Shown one piece after another: positions 54,738 to 62,798 of a stretch of 64,000 bases of DNA. The DNA lies in NCBI GenBank assembly GCA_035276685.1, contig DATELK010000065.1, forward strand, positions 10,387 to 74,386. Reading direction: 5' to 3'. Each line of letters begins with the position of its first letter. Position 1 is the stretch's first letter. The notes under the pieces are model-generated. The model had not been told where the DNA came from. It saw only the letters and a list, made by a program, of their open reading frames with translations, and ran no database searches. This DNA is from Pyrinomonadaceae bacterium. GTDB lineage: Bacteria > Acidobacteriota > Blastocatellia > Pyrinomonadales > Pyrinomonadaceae. A program made the translations under genes and the position numbers.

Positions 54738-56708
54738 CTAGAACTCTACCTTAAACTGCTCTGTCCAGCGAATCAGGTTCAGCCAGCGCCACACCCTGAA
54801 GTCAAAAGAGCGCCTGCCTTCGAGTATCTCTTCCCACTCGCGCCTCACGTGCGACAGGTTCAGGACGGGGATACTCCGAGCCGCGTCGCTTGCGAAAACC
54901 TGTTCGACCCAGGGCTTGAGCGCGGCGAGCCAGGAGCGCTCGGGCGTGGCAAAGCCTATCTTGTCCCTGCGCTCAAGAATAGCTTCGGGGACGATGCCGC
55001 GCATGGCCTGACGGAAGACGGATTTTGAAGTCCCGTCCGGGGCTATCAGGTACTCTTCCGGCAGACTGTAGATGAACTCGACCAAGGGTGTAGTTAAAAA
55101 CGGCACGCGGCTCTCGACGGAATGGGCCATCGAGTTGCGGTCTTCGTAGCGCAGCAGCATGGGCAGGCTGCTATCCACAAGCGTGTCGTGAAGCTGCTCT
55201 TGCAGGAGTCTCTGGCCGCGGCTTTTAAAGGGCTGTCTGGGCTCTACTCCCCTTTGGGCAAACCAGCGCTCGTTGAGCCACGAAGGGACGGCTCCATTCT
55301 GCGTCGCGTGTCTGACAAGGCGGCGTATGCTGGTCGGCAGCAGCGCCCCTCCGGCGCTCGCCATCAGATTTATCCCCTTCATCTGCGGCAGCGTCTCGAC
55401 CTGCTTGATAAAGCGATTGGCCTCCATCAAGCGCCCCTTTCGCAGCAGGGAGGCGACGCGCGCAGTCATATAGAAGGGATAGCCAGCGAGCAGCTCGTCC
55501 GCGCCCTGCCCGTCGAGCATGACCTTGATTCCGGCCTCGTGCGCCAGACGAAAAACGCGGTACTGGGCATAGATGCTGGTGCTGCCGAAGGGCTCGTCCT
55601 GCGTTCCTATGAGACGGTCTATGTCCTCGGTCAGCTCTTCAATAGTCGGGCGCACTTTATGAGCATGCGCGCCCGCGTCCTGTATGACTAAATCCACCCA
55701 GCGCTCTTCGCTCACGGCCGGGTCGTCCGCCGTGTAGCTGAAAGTATGTATCTCAAGGCCGGGATTCAGGTGGCGCATGGCCGTCACTATGGCCGAAGAA
55801 TCTATCCCGCCCGAAAGCGCCGTGCCTACAGCCACGTCGCTTCTCAGGTGCAAGCCTATGCTCTCAAGGAAAAGCTCTCTGAGCCTCGCGGCAGCTTCGT
55901 CAAATGAGAGGTCTGCGTTCGTATTAAGGTCAACTTGCCAGTAGCGCTGAAGGCGCGGCCTTACGTCTTTATCCCCGAGCGTCAACAACAGGAAGTGCGA
56001 GGCCGGAAGCTGTCTAATCTCGGCGAACGCGCTCTCGGTTCCGTAGTCCGTGATTCCGAACCGGAGATAATCATAAACCCTGTCGGGATTGACCTGTCTC
56101 TTTACGCCGAAGCATTCGAGCAGCACCTTTATCTCGGAGGCGAAGGCGAAGCGCTCGCCGTCGTCAACGTAATAGAGAGGCTTAATCCCGAACGGGTCGC
56201 GCGCCAGAAAAAGCCTCTTCTCCCGCCTGTCCCACAGGGCGAAGGCCCACATGCCTATGAAGCGCTGTAGACAATCCACGCCCCAGCGCTGGTACGCGGC
56301 TAAGATGACTTCCGTGTCCGTGCCCGTGCGGAAAGCGTAGCCCTCGCGCTCAAGCTCCGCCCGCAGCTCTATGTAGTTATAGATTTCGCCGTTGAAGATA
56401 ATCCAGCAGTTACCGTCAGCGCTCTGCATGGGCTGATGGCCCGCGCGCGAGAGGTCAAGAATTGAGAGGCGGCGAAAGCCTAAAGCCAGATTGAACGGCC
56501 CGTCCGTAGAGCCGCTTATCTGAGGCTCACTTATGCCCTCTATCGTGTCACTCCCGACGAAGGCGTGCGCGCGTCCCGTCAGTGTATCGGCAAGCAGATG
56601 GCCTTCGTCGTCCGGCCCGCGATGGCGCAGGACGCGTGCCGCCCGCTCAAGAGCCGACGCGTCTACCTGTTTGCCGCCCGCGTAATGTATGCCGAAGATG
56701 CCGCACAT
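54738..56708 (-). CDS. asnB: Asparagine synthase (glutamine-hydrolysing) family amidotransferase (second copy)
   Basis: MCGIFGIHY Ntn-Cys start and SGGIDSS PP-loop. First gene of the long minus-strand block. Confidence 0.85.
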   Translation of the reverse strand: MCGIFGIHYAGGKQVDASALERAARVLRHRGPDDEGHLLADTLTGRAHAFVGSDTIEGISEPQISGSTDGPFNLALGFRRLSILDLSRAGHQPMQSADGNCWIIFNGEIYNYIELRAELEREGYAFRTGTDTEVILAAYQRWGVDCLQRFIGMWAFALWDRREKRLFLARDPFGIKPLYYVDDGERFAFASEIKVLLECFGVKRQVNPDRVYDYLRFGITDYGTESAFAEIRQLPASHFLLLTLGDKDVRPRLQRYWQVDLNTNADLSFDEAAARLRELFLESIGLHLRSDVAVGTALSGGIDSSAIVTAMRHLNPGLEIHTFSYTADDPAVSEERWVDLVIQDAGAHAHKVRPTIEELTEDIDRLIGTQDEPFGSTSIYAQYRVFRLAHEAGIKVMLDGQGADELLAGYPFYMTARVASLLRKGRLMEANRFIKQVETLPQMKGINLMASAGGALLPTSIRRLVRHATQNGAVPSWLNERWFAQRGVEPRQPFKSRGQRLLQEQLHDTLVDSSLPMLLRYEDRNSMAHSVESRVPFLTTPLVEFIYSLPEEYLIAPDGTSKSVFRQAMRGIVPEAILERRDKIGFATPERSWLAALKPWVEQVFASDAARSIPVLNLSHVRREWEEILEGRRSFDFRVWRWLNLIRWTEQFKVEF

Positions 56709-56746
56709 TTGGAATCGTATTTAAGCTGCGTCGAGATTGGTTTGAC

Positions 56747-56775
56747 AGAATAAACGTTTCAATGCCGATTTGCAA
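56747..56775 (-). promoter_or_regulatory. Candidate sigma-70 promoter for the minus-strand polysaccharide block
   Basis: On the minus strand: TTGCAA (56775..56770), 17-nt spacer, TATTCT (56752..56747), about 40 nt upstream of the asnB ATG at 56708. Confidence 0.35.
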
Positions 56776-56780
56776 AAACA

Positions 56781-56872
56781 GGTCAGTACCGCCTGCGGTA
56801 GCGGGCGGGTTATTAGATAAGCATGACTCTAGCCCAACTGATACCCGCCCGCTACCGCAGGCGGTACTGACC
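56781..56872. repeat. 92-bp palindromic element, copy 2
   Basis: GGTCAGTACCGCCTGCGGTAGCGGGCGGGT - 32-nt loop with CATGACTCTAG - ACCCGCCCGCTACCGCAGGCGGTACTGACC. Same orientation and homologous loop as 9934..10025. Confidence 0.9.
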
Positions 56873-56950
56873 TAACTCTTTGAAAAACGCTGATGACAAA
56901 CAGCCACATATATAACTCTTTGGCGCAACTGATGCGTTAAGTATGACGGA

Positions 56951-57223
56951 GCTAAAATCAACCCGGACACGCCTGAAATCGCTCAAGACAGCCGAAAATT
57001 CGCCTCATGCAGCTTGAAAACCGGCTCAGGCAGAGTATAAATCGCCTCAGTCAGCCGCAAAATTGCCTAAGACAGCGACAAAATCGGCTCATACACTGTG
57101 AAAATCGCTTGATACAGCGCGAAAATCGACTCATACAAACGCGAAATCCGTTCAGTCACTGTAGAAATTGCTTCATACACTGTGGAAATCGGTTCATACA
57201 ATGCAGAAATCGGTTAATACAGC
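56951..57223. repeat. Array of 13 degenerate 21-bp direct repeats (phased A-tracts)
   Basis: Unit consensus GNGAAAATCGNYTCATACANY. The AAATC/AAATT core recurs at 56955, 56976, 56996, 57018, 57039, 57060, 57081, 57102, 57123, 57144, 57165, 57186 and 57207. Spacing is 20-22 bp over the first five intervals and exactly 21 bp for every interval from 57039 onward. Confidence 0.9.
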
Positions 57224-57281
57224 GTGGATGTGGGGTTTAGCGGGGTGAAAGTAGTGGGTCGGTTTCAGGATTTGCCCCTCT

Positions 57282-57310
57282 TTGACTAAAGATATGGAGC
57301 GTGTTATATC
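57282..57310 (+). promoter_or_regulatory. Candidate sigma-70 promoter for the plus-strand aminosugar operon
   Basis: TTGACT (57282..57287), 17-nt spacer, TATATC (57305..57310), about 110 nt upstream of the TTG start at 57420, which is preceded by AAGGAGG (57406..57412). Confidence 0.4.
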
Positions 57311-57319
57311 CTTTTTTGC

Positions 57320-57334
57320 TTTGAACCGTTCAAA
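57320..57334. promoter_or_regulatory. Operator-like perfect palindrome just downstream of the candidate -10
   Basis: TTTGAAC-C-GTTCAAA (7-bp arms, 1-nt centre), 10 nt after the TATATC hexamer. Confidence 0.3.
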
Positions 57335-57419
57335 ATTCTGCTCAATGATATTATCCCAGCCTGTAGCTTGATCCACTCTGCGCAGATAGTCTTTAGGGGA
57401 TGTTGAAGGAGGCTTAATA

Positions 57420-58472
57420 TTGTCGAATAATCTGCCCAAGGGGTCTGGCGATGCGAGGGAAGAATCTGCCGCGCCCACGTCACACTCCTGGTCTGACCGG
57501 CCCGTGCTGGTGACAGGAGCGGGGGGATTCATAGGCAGTCATTTAGTAGAAACGCTGCTTAAGGGTGGAGCGAGGGTGCGCGCCTTCGTGCGCTACAACT
57601 CGCGCCGGGACGCGGGGCTTTTGAGGCTGCTCTCGCCTGAGCTAATGAAGTCCTGCGAGATAGTCTACGGAGACCTGCGCGATTCGGACGCGGTGGACAA
57701 GGCTTCCAGAGGCGTTGATACAATCTTTCATCTGGGCGCGCTGATAGGCATTCCTTACTCATACGTTCACCCGCGCGAAGTCGTGGACACCAACGTCACT
57801 GGCACTCTGAACGTGCTCATGGCAGCCGAGCGCAACAAGGTCAGAAAGGTCGTCAACACTTCCACGAGCGAAGTCTACGGCACGGCCATCTACACTCCTA
57901 TAGACGAGAAGCATCCCTTGCAGGGACAGTCGCCTTATTCGGCCAGCAAGATTGGAGCGGACAAGATAGCGCAGAGCTTCTATTGCACCTTCGGCTTGGA
58001 GGTCGCCACGATTCGCCCCTTCAACACCTTCGGCCCCAGACAATCCGCGCGAGCCGTGATTCCGACCATCATCACGCAGGCTCTCGTCAAGGATACGGTT
58101 CATCTCGGAAGCCTTGAGCCGCGCCGCGACTTCACCTTCGTCACAGACACGGTGGATGCTTTCCTACGTATAGCCGCCTCGCCCAAATCAGCGGGCCGGG
58201 AGATTAACGTAGGCTCGGATGCCGAGATATCAATCGGAGAGCTGGCTGCGAAAATCATCAAGATGATTGGAAGGGATGTTGAAATCACCTGCGACACCGA
58301 AAGGGTGCGGCCCGACCGCAGCGAGGTGCAACAATTGTGGGCCGATGCAAGCCAAGCCTCCGAGCTGATAGGCTGGAAGCCCCAAGTCGGTTTCGACGAA
58401 GGATTGAGACGAACCATAGACTGGATACAGGCTCACCTCGACCTGTATCAGGTGGGACAATATCAGGTATAA
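57420..58472 (+). CDS. NDP-hexose 4,6-dehydratase-like extended SDR (LegB/RmlB-like)
   Basis: VLVTGAGGFIGSHLVETLL, TSTSEVYG, SPYSASKIGADKIAQSF (YxxxK). TTG start with a strong SD. First gene of a dehydratase-nucleotidyltransferase-aminotransferase trio. Confidence 0.75.
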   Translation: MSNNLPKGSGDAREESAAPTSHSWSDRPVLVTGAGGFIGSHLVETLLKGGARVRAFVRYNSRRDAGLLRLLSPELMKSCEIVYGDLRDSDAVDKASRGVDTIFHLGALIGIPYSYVHPREVVDTNVTGTLNVLMAAERNKVRKVVNTSTSEVYGTAIYTPIDEKHPLQGQSPYSASKIGADKIAQSFYCTFGLEVATIRPFNTFGPRQSARAVIPTIITQALVKDTVHLGSLEPRRDFTFVTDTVDAFLRIAASPKSAGREINVGSDAEISIGELAAKIIKMIGRDVEITCDTERVRPDRSEVQQLWADASQASELIGWKPQVGFDEGLRRTIDWIQAHLDLYQVGQYQV

Positions 58473-58475
58473 ATC

Positions 58476-59186
58476 ATGCGCGCCGTAATCTTAGCCGGAG
58501 GCAAGGGGACGCGCCTCGCCCCCTACACCACTCTGCTGCCGAAGCCGCTGATGCCTATCGGCGACATGCCCATCCTTGAGATTATCCTTCGCCAGCTACG
58601 CCGCGCAGGCATCAACCACGTCACCATGGCCGTCGGCCACCTCTCCAACCTGCTGATGGCCTTCTTCGACGACGGAAAAAAGTATGGCCTGAGCATAGAC
58701 TACTCGCTCGAAGACCAGCCGCTCGGCACGGCCGGGCCGCTCGCTTTGATAGAGGGGCTGGACTCTACGTTCCTGATGATGAACGGCGACGTGCTGACGA
58801 CGCTCGATTACTCTGCGCTCCTCGATTATCACAGGCGGCGCGGGGCCGCCGCGACCATAGCCATGCACGCCCGCAGCGTACAGATTGACCTCGGAGTGAT
58901 AGAGACGGACGGCGATAACATGCTGACGGGCTACATAGAGAAACCGACCTACAATTACAGCGTGAGCATGGGCATATACGTCTTCGAGCCACGCGTGCTG
59001 GACTTCATCACGCAAGGCGAGCGCATTGATTTCCCGGAGCTGATATGGAAGCTGCTCGCGGCAAAGGAGCCCGTGCAGGCTTATCCTTATGACGGCTACT
59101 GGCTGGATATAGGCCGCCCAGAAGATTACGTTCACGCGGTTGAAGAGTTCGACCGGCTGCGCGGCCAGTTTCTACCGGAAGATTAA
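58476..59186 (+). CDS. Sugar-1-phosphate nucleotidyltransferase
   Basis: MRAVILAGGKGTRLAPYTTLLPKPLMPIGDMPILEIILRQL. Confidence 0.85.
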   Translation: MRAVILAGGKGTRLAPYTTLLPKPLMPIGDMPILEIILRQLRRAGINHVTMAVGHLSNLLMAFFDDGKKYGLSIDYSLEDQPLGTAGPLALIEGLDSTFLMMNGDVLTTLDYSALLDYHRRRGAAATIAMHARSVQIDLGVIETDGDNMLTGYIEKPTYNYSVSMGIYVFEPRVLDFITQGERIDFPELIWKLLAAKEPVQAYPYDGYWLDIGRPEDYVHAVEEFDRLRGQFLPED

Positions 59187-59189
59187 TTA

Positions 59190-60347
59190 ATGGACTGGAA
59201 GATTCCACTAAGCGATATAGAGATAACGGAGCAGGACGTTGAGGCGGTCGAGCGCGTGCTGCGCTCCAAGTGGCTCTCCATGGGAGCGGTCACGCAGGAG
59301 TTCGAGCGAAGCTTCGCGAGCTTCATAGGCGTCAAGCACGCCTTCGCCGTCACCAACGCTACGGCCGCGCTGCACCTTGCATACATGGCGCTCGGGCTTG
59401 GCCCCGGTGATGAAGTCATTGCGCCGTCTTTAACCTTCGTCGCGACCGCCAACGCGATTCTCTACACGGGCGCGCGGCCGGTCTTCGCAGACATAAACGG
59501 CGCGGACGACCTGAACATCTCGGCCAGTGATATTCGCAGGCGCATCACTCCGAGAACGAAAGCCATCACGGTCATGCACTACGGCGGCTACGTCTGCGAC
59601 ATGACGGAGATTATGGCTATCGCGGACGAGTACAAGCTGGCCTTGATAGAGGACGCGGCACACGCGCCCGGGGCGAGCCTCGGTGATAGAAAGGCCGGAA
59701 CCTTCGGAGACGTGGCCTGCTTCAGCTTCTTCTCCAACAAGAATCTGACGACAGGCGAAGGCGGGATGGTCGTCACAGACCGCGACGATTTGGCCGAGCG
59801 CCTTCGTCTCATGCGCTCGCACGGCATGACCACGCTGACGTGGGACAGGCACAAGGGCCACGCGCATACCTACGATGTCGTGGCGCTAGGCTATAACTAC
59901 AGGATTGACGAGATGCGCTCGGCCCTCGGGCTCGTGCAGCTTGAGCATCTTCAGCAGCGTAACCAGAGAAGGCAGGAGATAGTTGACGAGTACCGCGCGA
60001 AGCTATCCGAGACGCCGGGCCTCTCCATCCCCTTCTCGAAGGTGAAGCACGGCAGCGCGCACTACATCTTCCCAGTCCTGCTCAAGAGCGCTGAGATGCG
60101 CGGCCCCTTCATCACGGAGCTTAAAGCCCAAGGCATTCAGACCAGCATTCACTATCCGCCCGTTCATCTTTTTGAGTACTACCGCGAGCGCTTCGATTAC
60201 GCGCCGGGCGCTCTTCCCATTACCGAAGACGCCTGCTCAAGACAGGTGACGCTGCCGCTTTATCCGACCATGCGCGAGGGCGATATTCAATTCGTTTGTG
60301 ATATAGTTAATCAAACACTGAGCGATTTAAGCCGCTCCAACGTGTAA
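59190..60347 (+). CDS. DegT/DnrJ/EryC1/StrS family PLP-dependent sugar aminotransferase
   Basis: VTNATAALHLAYMALGLGPGDEVI, IEDAAHA, SFFSNKNLTTGEGGMVV (PLP Lys). Confidence 0.9.
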   Translation: MDWKIPLSDIEITEQDVEAVERVLRSKWLSMGAVTQEFERSFASFIGVKHAFAVTNATAALHLAYMALGLGPGDEVIAPSLTFVATANAILYTGARPVFADINGADDLNISASDIRRRITPRTKAITVMHYGGYVCDMTEIMAIADEYKLALIEDAAHAPGASLGDRKAGTFGDVACFSFFSNKNLTTGEGGMVVTDRDDLAERLRLMRSHGMTTLTWDRHKGHAHTYDVVALGYNYRIDEMRSALGLVQLEHLQQRNQRRQEIVDEYRAKLSETPGLSIPFSKVKHGSAHYIFPVLLKSAEMRGPFITELKAQGIQTSIHYPPVHLFEYYRERFDYAPGALPITEDACSRQVTLPLYPTMREGDIQFVCDIVNQTLSDLSRSNV

Positions 60348-60378
60348 GAGTTTAATTAGACAAGGTTTCAAACGGGGA

Positions 60379-61488
60379 ATGAACGTCATCAAGAGCTCCT
60401 GGAGCAAACGTCACATAGCGGTCAACAAGGTGATGGAAGGCGTGACGCTGTTGCGCGCCAAGACTCGCCTGCCTTTGGGAGACCCTACCTACTCTCTGTG
60501 CATGCCATACCAGTTGCAGATTGCCATGACGACGCGCTGCAATCTGGCCTGCGGCTACTGCGAGAACCCTCTGATGGTGAAGGCTGGCATGGCGAGCGAC
60601 ATGGATTTCGATAAGTACTGCCGCCTGATAGACCAGCTCGCGGGCGTCAGGATTCTCTCGCTCCTTGGCATAGGAGAGCCGCTGCTTCATCCACGCTTCC
60701 CGGAGATGGTCGCCTACGCGGCGAAGAAGAACTGGGGATGGCACATCTCTACCACGAGCAACGGCATGCTCCTGACGGAAGAGCTGGGCGATAAGCTGAT
60801 TGACGCAGGCCTCAACGAGATGCGCGTCAGCATAGACGGCCCAGACAAGGATTACGTGGAGAAGATGCGAAAGGGCGCGAAGTTCGACAAGATTATAGAT
60901 AACTTCCGCCGCTTTAGGCGCAAGACGGACATGCGTATGGCCATGAACGTCGTCATGAGCTCCATCAATCTGGATTCCCTGCGCGGGCTCATCCCCTTCG
61001 CCATGGACTTAGGCGTCAATCACCTGCAAATCATGACGCTCAAGCCTTGGACGGGCGTTGACATAGGCAAGGACGATTTCACGCTCTTCCACAACATAGA
61101 TAAAAGACAGCTGGACACTATCAGAGAGCTTCAGGCCGAAGCCGCAGAGGCGCGTCTTGAGTTCGACGTAAGCTACGAGCCCTTCTACGGGAACTTCTGC
61201 GCTGACCCCTGGAACAAGCCCTACATCAACCCGGACGGAGCGCTCGCGCCCTGCTGCACGTGGACGACCAACTATCTTGACAACGTCTTCGACGCGGGCT
61301 TCTGGAAAGCATGGAACGGCCCGCGCATGCGTCACCTGCGGAAAGTGATGCTGGAAGGATTCCCCGGCTCGTTCTGCTATCAGAATTGCAGGCTGGTGCG
61401 GCAGACTAAGGCCGAGGCCATGAGCCAGAGCATGGCGCAGGCGACCGCCGCAGAGCGCACGGTTCAGATTGCCGGGCTGTCCCGCTAA
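60379..61488 (+). CDS. Radical SAM enzyme with C-terminal SPASM/twitch-like Cys motif
   Basis: CNLACGYC (CxxxCxxC). C-terminal C-x12-G-x4-C (FCADPWNKPYINPDGALAPCC) and FCYQNC. The start is uncertain; alternative ATGs lie at 60433 and 60502. Confidence 0.8.
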   Translation: MNVIKSSWSKRHIAVNKVMEGVTLLRAKTRLPLGDPTYSLCMPYQLQIAMTTRCNLACGYCENPLMVKAGMASDMDFDKYCRLIDQLAGVRILSLLGIGEPLLHPRFPEMVAYAAKKNWGWHISTTSNGMLLTEELGDKLIDAGLNEMRVSIDGPDKDYVEKMRKGAKFDKIIDNFRRFRRKTDMRMAMNVVMSSINLDSLRGLIPFAMDLGVNHLQIMTLKPWTGVDIGKDDFTLFHNIDKRQLDTIRELQAEAAEARLEFDVSYEPFYGNFCADPWNKPYINPDGALAPCCTWTTNYLDNVFDAGFWKAWNGPRMRHLRKVMLEGFPGSFCYQNCRLVRQTKAEAMSQSMAQATAAERTVQIAGLSR

Positions 61489-61500
61489 AAGAGATAGCTT

Positions 61501-61941
61501 ATGCGGCGTCACCTACACCTCGTCTGGGGTCTTTTCTATCGCAGCTTAAAATTTCTGGAGAGAAAGTATCCGCGCACTTTTCCGGGCTCGCCGCGAGGGC
61601 GCGTCCTGTCCGGCGACGAGCAGCTTCGCATCATTCAGGAGAGCCTGGACAAGAGCTTAAGGCTCAAGGGAGTTCAGATAGTTCCCTTCGACGAGACGTG
61701 TGAAAGCTGTCACGCTGCCTCGAATAAATTCTATTCGCTAGAAGAGCGGCCTCCGATTCCTTTACAGAATTGCCCGCGAGGCAAGGAGTGCACGGCCATC
61801 TACGCGCCCGTGATTGACTACGGCCTCTATAAAGTCAGCCAGATAATGGCGGCCAAGCCGGACATCAAGGTGCAGGAGCTCAGAAGGCTCTTGCGCGAAG
61901 AGGCGGAGCCTTCGGCGGAAGCGCTGGATAAGCAGGCGTAG
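61501..61941 (+). CDS. Hypothetical protein (146 aa, four-Cys CxxC...Cx5C)
   Basis: The ORF is tightly spaced after the radical SAM gene (12-nt gap). ETCESCH ... NCPRGKEC. No recognisable family. Confidence 0.45.
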   Translation: MRRHLHLVWGLFYRSLKFLERKYPRTFPGSPRGRVLSGDEQLRIIQESLDKSLRLKGVQIVPFDETCESCHAASNKFYSLEERPPIPLQNCPRGKECTAIYAPVIDYGLYKVSQIMAAKPDIKVQELRRLLREEAEPSAEALDKQA

Positions 61942-61969
61942 CCGCCGCCTCCTTTTATATAGCTAGAGT

Positions 61970-62743
61970 ATGGGTCGCAAAAGTGGAGTCTTAGATCATT
62001 GGGACGAGTCTAATCGCAAGGGCGGCGACCTGTCGGACGACATCCTCCTGTCATCGCTTCTGGAAGGGCCGGCGAATCTGCTCTTGCAGGCCGGTTATAA
62101 GGAGTGGATAGGGACGGGCTACGAGAAGATTCTGGACGTTGGAAGCGGGCTGGGGCGCTGGGCTCTCTATTTCAACCAGCTCTCGCCCGAGAGCCTCATC
62201 TACGCAGCGGATTTTACGCCGAGCGCCATGCTGCGCGCCAGCCGCTATCTCTCCAATCGCAAAATCCCCATGCGCTACTGCTGCGCCGACGCCTTCAATC
62301 TTCCCTTCGCGGACGAGTCCTTTAACCTTGTTCATTCCTTCGGGCTGATTGAGGACTATCCGAACTACATGGACATGCTGAAGGAGCAGATGAGAGTGCT
62401 CAAGCCTGGGGGACGCCTCATCTGCGTCACACTGCATCACAGGTCATGGCACGCGCTCTATAAGAAGCTCTTCGGCAGCCGATACTATTCCTTCACGAGC
62501 TACGAGCACGACTTCAGCGCGAAGGAGTTGACAGGGGCTTTCGAGCAGCTCGGATTGAAGAACATAGAGCTGTCATACGCGGAGCCCATGCACAGGATTG
62601 CGGCGGCGCGGCCGTGGAAGCTGGCACAGTTCATCGAGTACAACCTGAAGCGCGTTGACCTTTATCTTGAACACAGGCTGAAGCTGCCTCTGGCTCAATA
62701 CTGGAGCCATGACATCTACATCAAAGGAGATAAGCCCGCTTAA
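61970..62743 (+). CDS. Class I SAM-dependent methyltransferase
   Basis: ILDVGSGLGRWALYF, FNLVHSFGLIED, LKPGGRLI. Confidence 0.8.
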   Translation: MGRKSGVLDHWDESNRKGGDLSDDILLSSLLEGPANLLLQAGYKEWIGTGYEKILDVGSGLGRWALYFNQLSPESLIYAADFTPSAMLRASRYLSNRKIPMRYCCADAFNLPFADESFNLVHSFGLIEDYPNYMDMLKEQMRVLKPGGRLICVTLHHRSWHALYKKLFGSRYYSFTSYEHDFSAKELTGAFEQLGLKNIELSYAEPMHRIAAARPWKLAQFIEYNLKRVDLYLEHRLKLPLAQYWSHDIYIKGDKPA

Positions 62744-62757
62744 AAAAGTGCGGGCTT
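62732..62757 (+). terminator. Weak hairpin spanning the methyltransferase stop codon
   Basis: AAGCCCGC-ttaaaaaagt-GCGGGCTT, an 8-bp stem with the TAA stop in the loop and no downstream T-tract. It may be an attenuating structure rather than a true terminator. Confidence 0.25.
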
Positions 62758-62798
62758 CACGGACGGTCGTAGAGGCTAAGCCTCCGACCGCTCTCGCA

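Noticed and set aside
56951-57223. Possible CRISPR array (regular short direct repeats)
   Set aside because: The units are contiguous with no spacers, are only 21 bp long and degenerate, and no cas genes are present. It is a tandem repeat, not a CRISPR array.
57007-57240. 77-aa heptad-repeat, Cys-rich peptide ORF as a real gene
   Set aside because: It is not fully excluded, but it is judged unlikely. The periodicity starts upstream of its ATG, beyond an in-frame stop. There is no SD, and the repeat conservation is at nucleotide level (AAATCG, TCATACA) rather than at specific codon positions.
57194-57532. 112-aa minus-strand ORF in the divergent region
   Set aside because: It overlaps the start and SD of the well-supported plus-strand dehydratase gene and part of the repeat array. 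It has no SD and no motifs.
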